Below, piece after piece: positions 59,365 to 64,000 of a stretch of DNA of 64,000 bases. A program made the position numbers and the translations under genes. Under the pieces are notes generated by a model, which ran no database searches, was not told the origin of the DNA, and was given only the letters and a program-made list of their open reading frames with translations. Source of the DNA: Nitrospinota bacterium (lineage in GTDB: Bacteria > UBA8248); NCBI GenBank assembly GCA_036231405.1, contig JAZAHK010000012.1:17324-81323 (forward strand). The letters run 5' to 3'. Each line of letters begins with the position of its first letter. Positions within the stretch are counted from its first letter, which is position 1.

Positions 59365-61311
59365 ATGACAAACAAGAATGTGATCTGGCAACCAAACGAA
59401 GACTTTTTGCAAAACAGTAATATTGCTCTCCTGATGAAAAAATTAAATTTCACAGATTATCGAGAATTTCTTGCGTGGTCTGTAAAAGACATTCATAGTT
59501 TCTGGGAAATCATCTTGGAAGATATGAATTTTCAATGGCATAAAAAATATCACACACTATTAGATCTTAGTGATGGTTTCCCTTGGGCTAAATGGTTCGT
59601 AGGTGGAGAAACCAATATAGTAACAAACTGTTTGGACAGACATCTTCATGGCAGCCGTAAGAGTAAAACTGCGTTAATCTGGGAAAGTGATGATGGCAAT
59701 AAAATAACTTTCACATACGAGCAACTCTCTGAGGAAGTGAATAAAGTTGCTAATGCTTTGAGAAACTCAGGATTAAAACCAGGAGACGTCGCTGGAGTTT
59801 TCCTTCCACTTTTACCCGAAGCAGTCATAGCAATGTACGCATGCTTTAAGACTGGTATCGCTGTACTCCCAATTTTCTCTGGATTTGGTCCTGAAGGACT
59901 CGCAGAGAGACTTATTCATTCGAAAGCAAAAATTTTATTTACTTCAGATGGTGCAATTAGAAGAGGAAAAACAATACCACTCAAAAACACGGTAGATTCA
60001 GCTTTAAAACAAGAAACATCTATACAGAAAGTTATACTAGTTGAAAGAGCAGAAATTGAGGTCAACTTACAAGAAGGCAGAGATCTAACTTGGAACGAAT
60101 TTATATCTTCTGAATCTGATAACTCGGAAACAGAGAATTTACCTGCTAACGCAATTTCAATGATTATGTATACCTCAGGGACCACTGGAAAACCGAAAGG
60201 TACTGTATATTCGCATGCCGGATTGATGAGTGGACCTGGAAGAGAATTAAAATACTGCTTTGATATGAGAGATAACGATACAATGTTCTGGGTTACTGAT
60301 TTCGGGTGGGTAATGGCCCCTTATGAACTTGTTGGTTCGCATTTTAATGGACACTCATGTTTCCTCTACGAAAGCGTTCCAAATCACCCTGAACCAGACA
60401 GACTTTGGAAAATCATTTCCAATTCAAACATCACACATCTTGGACTATCACCTACAGCGGTAAGAGTTTTAATTGGAGAAGGAAACAATTGGGTAGATAA
60501 ACATGATCTTTCCTCTTTAAGAATCCTTGGCTCTACTGGGGAACCTTGGGACGCAGAATCTTATCTTTGGTATTTCAATAAAGTCGGATCAAAGAAATGT
60601 CCAATCATGAATATTTCCGGGGGAACGGAAATAGGCGCTTGTATACTACAACCACTACCCGTCATGGATCTAACTCCATGCACACTTGGAGGCCCTGCAA
60701 TGGGGACTGATGCAGATGTCTTTGACGATGAAGGTAATCCAATTAGGAATGAAGTTGGTCATCTCGTCTTGAAACAACCTATCCCTTCTTTAACAATGGG
60801 ATTTTTAAACGATTCAGAAAGATATTTAGAAACTTATTTTTCTCGCTGGGATAATGTTTGGTACCACGGGGACTGGGCTAAAGTCGATGAGGATGGATTC
60901 TGGTATCTTTTCGGGCGTTCAGACGACACGATTAAAGTTTCGGGGAAAAGAATTGGTCCTAACGAAATTGAATCAGAACTTCAAAAACATCCCGGGGTTA
61001 TAGAAACTGCAGTTATAGGAACTCCTCATCCTGTAAAAGGAGAAGCTATTACCTGTTTTATAGTTCTTGCAAACGGATATGAACCCAACGATAAAATGAG
61101 GGAAGAACTCAAGGATCAAGCGGTCAAATATTTGGGGAAAAGTCTTAGGCCAGACGAGGTAAAATTTGTAGAGTATCTTCCTAAAACTAGATCTGCAAAA
61201 ATTGTAAGAGGAGCAATCAAAAAAATCTATCTTGGAGAAGATATCAAACACATGGACTTAAGTTCCCTTGAAGACTCCGCACATCTTGATGCTATTAAAG
61301 AAGCAAAATAA
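59365..61311 (+). CDS. AMP-forming acyl-CoA synthetase, acetyl-CoA synthetase family (paralog A)
   Basis: 648 aa. ACS-type N-terminal domain (FWEIILEDMNFQW, PWAKWFVGGETNIVTNCLDRHL), AMP-binding motif YTSGTTGKPKG, GSTGEPW, YHGDWA, GRSDDTIKVSGKRIGPNEIE, and a C-terminal LPKTRSAKIVRG. Confidence 0.88.
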   Translation: MTNKNVIWQPNEDFLQNSNIALLMKKLNFTDYREFLAWSVKDIHSFWEIILEDMNFQWHKKYHTLLDLSDGFPWAKWFVGGETNIVTNCLDRHLHGSRKSKTALIWESDDGNKITFTYEQLSEEVNKVANALRNSGLKPGDVAGVFLPLLPEAVIAMYACFKTGIAVLPIFSGFGPEGLAERLIHSKAKILFTSDGAIRRGKTIPLKNTVDSALKQETSIQKVILVERAEIEVNLQEGRDLTWNEFISSESDNSETENLPANAISMIMYTSGTTGKPKGTVYSHAGLMSGPGRELKYCFDMRDNDTMFWVTDFGWVMAPYELVGSHFNGHSCFLYESVPNHPEPDRLWKIISNSNITHLGLSPTAVRVLIGEGNNWVDKHDLSSLRILGSTGEPWDAESYLWYFNKVGSKKCPIMNISGGTEIGACILQPLPVMDLTPCTLGGPAMGTDADVFDDEGNPIRNEVGHLVLKQPIPSLTMGFLNDSERYLETYFSRWDNVWYHGDWAKVDEDGFWYLFGRSDDTIKVSGKRIGPNEIESELQKHPGVIETAVIGTPHPVKGEAITCFIVLANGYEPNDKMREELKDQAVKYLGKSLRPDEVKFVEYLPKTRSAKIVRGAIKKIYLGEDIKHMDLSSLEDSAHLDAIKEAK

Positions 61312-61315
61312 GAAC

Positions 61316-63271
61316 ATGCCAAAAAAGAAAAATTCCGAGATCATATGGAACCCGAATCAGGATTTCATGAATAGAAGCAACATCGCTCTATTGATGAAAA
61401 AGAACAACATTGCAAACCATTCAGAACTAATAAAGTGGTCACAAAAAGATTCTACTCCCTTCTGGGAAATTATTTTAGAAGAAATGAAAATTGAATGGTA
61501 TGAGGAATTTCGAGAAGTGTTAGATTCTAGCAAGGGTTTCCCCTGGGCAAAATGGTTTTCGGGTGGAAAAATCAACATTGCTCATAATTGTATCGACAAA
61601 CATCTCACCAACGGAAAGGGGGGGCATCTTGCACTGATATGGGAAGGAGATGATGGAAGTAAAAGAACATTTACCTATGAGGAAATGTCTTCTGAGGTAT
61701 CTAAACTTGCAAATGCCATGAAGGAATCTGATCTTAAAGTTGGAGATACAGCAGCAATTTTCATGCCTATGGTTCCAGAAACTATTTTTGCAATGTTTGC
61801 TTGCTTTAAAATAGGTGTAATAGCGGTCCCTATTTTTTCTGGCTTCGGACACGAAGCTGTTGCCGAACGCCTTACAAACGCACAAGTCCAACTTGTATTT
61901 ACTTCGAATTATGGACTTCGAAGAGGGAAGATAATAGCTATCAAAGAACTATTAGACAAAGCACTTCAAATTAATACCTCTGTAAAAAAAGTGATTGTCT
62001 ACGAAAGGACTGAAAGTTCCTATTTTACTCAAAATAATCGAGATATAAAATGGCGCGACTTTATACATAACAAGTCTATAACAGCTGAAACAATACAACT
62101 AGACTCTGAAGCAATTTCCATGATCATTTATACTTCCGGAACAACTGGGAAACCAAAGGGAACATTACACACTCATGCAGGGTGTCTAACTACCATCACT
62201 AAAGAAGTTAAATACTGCATGGATCTAAGAGATAACGATATTCTTTTCTGGCTTACTGACATAGGGTGGATGATGGGACCCTGGGAAATGATTGGGACTC
62301 AGTGTCTTGGACAAACTTATCTTGTATATGAAGGGACACCAAATTGGCCCAAACCAGACAGAATTTGGAAACTCATATCCGATCATAAAGTCACACATCT
62401 CGGGATTTCTCCTACTGCTATTCGTTTACTTATAAGTAGTGGTGAAAAATGGACAAAAAATTACGATCTTTCAACCTTAAGAGTTCTTGGTTCAACTGGA
62501 GAGCCATGGGATCCTGAATCATATATGTGGTTTTTTGAGAAAATAGGAAATAAACGTTGCCCGATAATGAACATTTCTGGTGGAACAGAAATTTGTGGAT
62601 GCCTTTTACAACCTTATCCAATTATGGAGTTATCAAAGTGTTCACTAGGAGGTCCTGCTTTAGGAGTTCATACTGACGTCTTCAATGAAGAAGGTAAACC
62701 TATCCGCGGAGAAATAGGACATCTTGTCTGCAAAAAACCGATGCCCTCGATGACTAAAAGTTTTCTTATGGATGACAATCGATATTTAGAGACCTATTTC
62801 TCGAGATTTCCCAACACCTGGTATCACGGGGATTGGGCGATGGTTGATGAATTTGACCAATGGTTTCTCTATGGTAGATCAGACGATACAATCAATGTGG
62901 CAGGGAAGCGAGTAGGTCCTGCTGAGGTCGAATCTGAGTTAATTCGTCACCCCTCTGTTGTTGAGGCTGCAGTCATTGGTACTCCCCATCCTATAAAAGG
63001 CGAAGTTCTAACGTGTTTCGTAGTTATCAAGGATGAATTTGATGCCTCCGATCAGCTTAGAGAAGAGTTGAAAGATGAAACAACAAAATATTTAGGAAAA
63101 AGTCTACGTCCTGAGACAGTTAAATTTGTTGAAGGGTTACCCAAAACTAGATCTTCTAAAATCGTAAGAGGCGCAATCAAGAAGTTGTTTTTAGGAACTA
63201 GTATAAACGAAATCGACACCTCTTCTATAGAAGATCCAACACTTTTAGACGCTATTTCGAGGGCAAAATAA
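61316..63271 (+). CDS. AMP-forming acyl-CoA synthetase, acetyl-CoA synthetase family (paralog B)
   Basis: Start at ATG 61316 (MPKKKNSEIIWNP), 4 nt after the paralog A stop; the ORF opens at 61268 inside the upstream gene. Same motif set (YTSGTTGKPKG, GSTGEPW, GRSDDTINVAGKRVGPAEVE, LPKTRSSKIVRG). Collinear with paralog A at roughly 55-60% identity by eye. Confidence 0.88.
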   Translation: MPKKKNSEIIWNPNQDFMNRSNIALLMKKNNIANHSELIKWSQKDSTPFWEIILEEMKIEWYEEFREVLDSSKGFPWAKWFSGGKINIAHNCIDKHLTNGKGGHLALIWEGDDGSKRTFTYEEMSSEVSKLANAMKESDLKVGDTAAIFMPMVPETIFAMFACFKIGVIAVPIFSGFGHEAVAERLTNAQVQLVFTSNYGLRRGKIIAIKELLDKALQINTSVKKVIVYERTESSYFTQNNRDIKWRDFIHNKSITAETIQLDSEAISMIIYTSGTTGKPKGTLHTHAGCLTTITKEVKYCMDLRDNDILFWLTDIGWMMGPWEMIGTQCLGQTYLVYEGTPNWPKPDRIWKLISDHKVTHLGISPTAIRLLISSGEKWTKNYDLSTLRVLGSTGEPWDPESYMWFFEKIGNKRCPIMNISGGTEICGCLLQPYPIMELSKCSLGGPALGVHTDVFNEEGKPIRGEIGHLVCKKPMPSMTKSFLMDDNRYLETYFSRFPNTWYHGDWAMVDEFDQWFLYGRSDDTINVAGKRVGPAEVESELIRHPSVVEAAVIGTPHPIKGEVLTCFVVIKDEFDASDQLREELKDETTKYLGKSLRPETVKFVEGLPKTRSSKIVRGAIKKLFLGTSINEIDTSSIEDPTLLDAISRAK

Positions 63272-63276
63272 TTTCT

Positions 63277-64000
63277 TTAAGAGGAATGCTTGTAAAAGTC
63301 TTTCACAAGCTTAACAACGGCCATACTTTCTCTCGCGGGAACCTTCGTCTCCCTCGTCAAAAGTATTGATTCTACGAAGTCAGAATGGTTCCTATACATT
63401 GAGAAGAGTTTAGGAGAAATAATCGAAGGGATTTCTAGTTCATCTTCATATGTCGGTTGGCTTATCTCCTCTTTATGCGACCAGTTAACCATCCCTTTTC
63501 CTTCAACAAAAGTACAACTTCCACGAGTACCATATAGGGACAACTTCTCTGGAGAGTTAGGAAATGTAACTGTAGAAGCAGTCACTACACCCAAAGCACC
63601 ACTAGAGAGTTCAATAATACCAACGGCCACATCTTCTTCATCGTAATTTGGACGGACGGTTTTAGTGAACCCTGATATTCTCTTATGAGGACCAAGAAAC
63701 CATAGGAGTAAATCCAAATAATGAATTCCTTGATTCATCAAGACTCCTCCACCCGATTCACTACCAGAAGAACGCCAAGGGGATTCTAAGAAATAATGTT
63801 CATCTCTATGATAATTTATGGATATTTCTGCTAAAAAAATATCTCCTAACAAGCCCTCTCCTATTGCAATTTTGAGAGATTGCACAGCAGGATGAAAACG
63901 TTTTTGTGATACTACAGACAAAATCAATTTTTTTTCTTCAAAAAAACGAATTAAAGATTCACAAGATTCTAAGTCTATTGCAAGAGGTTTCTCGATAAGA
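63277..64000 (-). CDS. Gfo/Idh/MocA-family oxidoreductase, C-terminal part; 5' end runs off the window
   Basis: The ORF track starts it at 63927, but the same frame stays open to the window edge. My translation of 63999-63928 gives LIEKPLAIDLESCESLIRFFEEKK, which contains the family EKP motif, so the Rossmann N-domain lies beyond 64000. Confidence 0.75.
   Translation of the reverse strand, partial: LIEKPLAIDLESCESLIRFFEEKKLILSVVSQKRFHPAVQSLKIAIGEGLLGDIFLAEISINYHRDEHYFLESPWRSSGSESGGGVLMNQGIHYLDLLLWFLGPHKRISGFTKTVRPNYDEEDVAVGIIELSSGALGVVTASTVTFPNSPEKLSLYGTRGSCTFVEGKGMVNWSHKEEISQPTYEDELEIPSIISPKLFSMYRNHSDFVESILLTRETKVPARESMAVVKLVKDFYKHSS

Noticed and set aside
1-64000. Scan for CRISPR arrays, tRNA/rRNA genes, transposases/integrases, long direct or inverted repeats, and toxin-antitoxin or classical defence modules
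   Set aside because: None recognised. The intergenic spaces are short (the largest are 323 bp at 53546-53868, 279 bp at 36660-36938, about 180 bp at 14811-14991 and 29092-29271). They are AT-rich and lack cloverleaf-like G/C-rich segments or periodic repeats. No ORF shows recombinase or nuclease-toxin motifs. Visual inspection cannot exclude short or degenerate repeats.

Overview
A gene-dense 64-kb window from a low-GC bacterium (about mid-30s % GC by eye). It is probably diderm, given SurA-like chaperones and an LPS heptosyltransferase-like GT9. I support 57 CDS. I recognised no rRNA, tRNA, CRISPR array, transposase or integrase, and the only DNA-binding gene is a RodZ-like HTH protein. Positions 1-36.7 kb are almost entirely minus-strand housekeeping genes: (a) an aromatic amino-acid block, trpE-trpG-trpD-trpC-pheA plus a HisC-type aminotransferase; (b) truA, uvrA and an SDR; (c) a TCA block, icd-mdh-sucC-sucD-ndk; (d) rsmA and a GT9 gene on the plus strand; (e) lepA-lepB, a dGTPase, an FmdB zinc ribbon and a transaldolase; (f) a pyrR-pyrB-pyrC-carA-carB operon preceded by what looks like a PyrR-binding loop plus intrinsic terminator; (g) two parvulin/SurA-like chaperones, mfd, a RodZ-like HTH protein and a type I-beta DAHP synthase. 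At about 36.8 kb the coding strand flips and the content becomes accessory. The most interesting candidate is a tightly packed six-gene plus-strand operon at 36.9-43.6 kb: acyl-CoA dehydrogenase, YqeB-family protein, AAA_5 (MoxR-type) ATPase, large acidic VWA protein, YqeC-family P-loop protein, XdhC. It joins the two marker accessory proteins of selenium-dependent molybdenum hydroxylases to a CoxD/CoxE/CoxF-like ATPase/VWA/XdhC set. No hydroxylase structural gene, selD or molybdopterin gene lies in the window. Downstream are a pdxA-family gene paired divergently with a split ComD/ComE-like TPP decarboxylase, three paralogous MDR quinone oxidoreductases, a CCA-adding/poly(A) polymerase family gene and a second, orphan PyrR paralog. 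A regulator-less divergent catabolic island follows: QOR, family III CoA-transferase and a large alpha/beta hydrolase on one side, and a TAXI-TRAP transporter, two VOC proteins, an MBL hydrolase and two tandem acetyl-CoA-synthetase-family paralogs on the other. All functional calls rest on motifs read from the translations. No database search was run.
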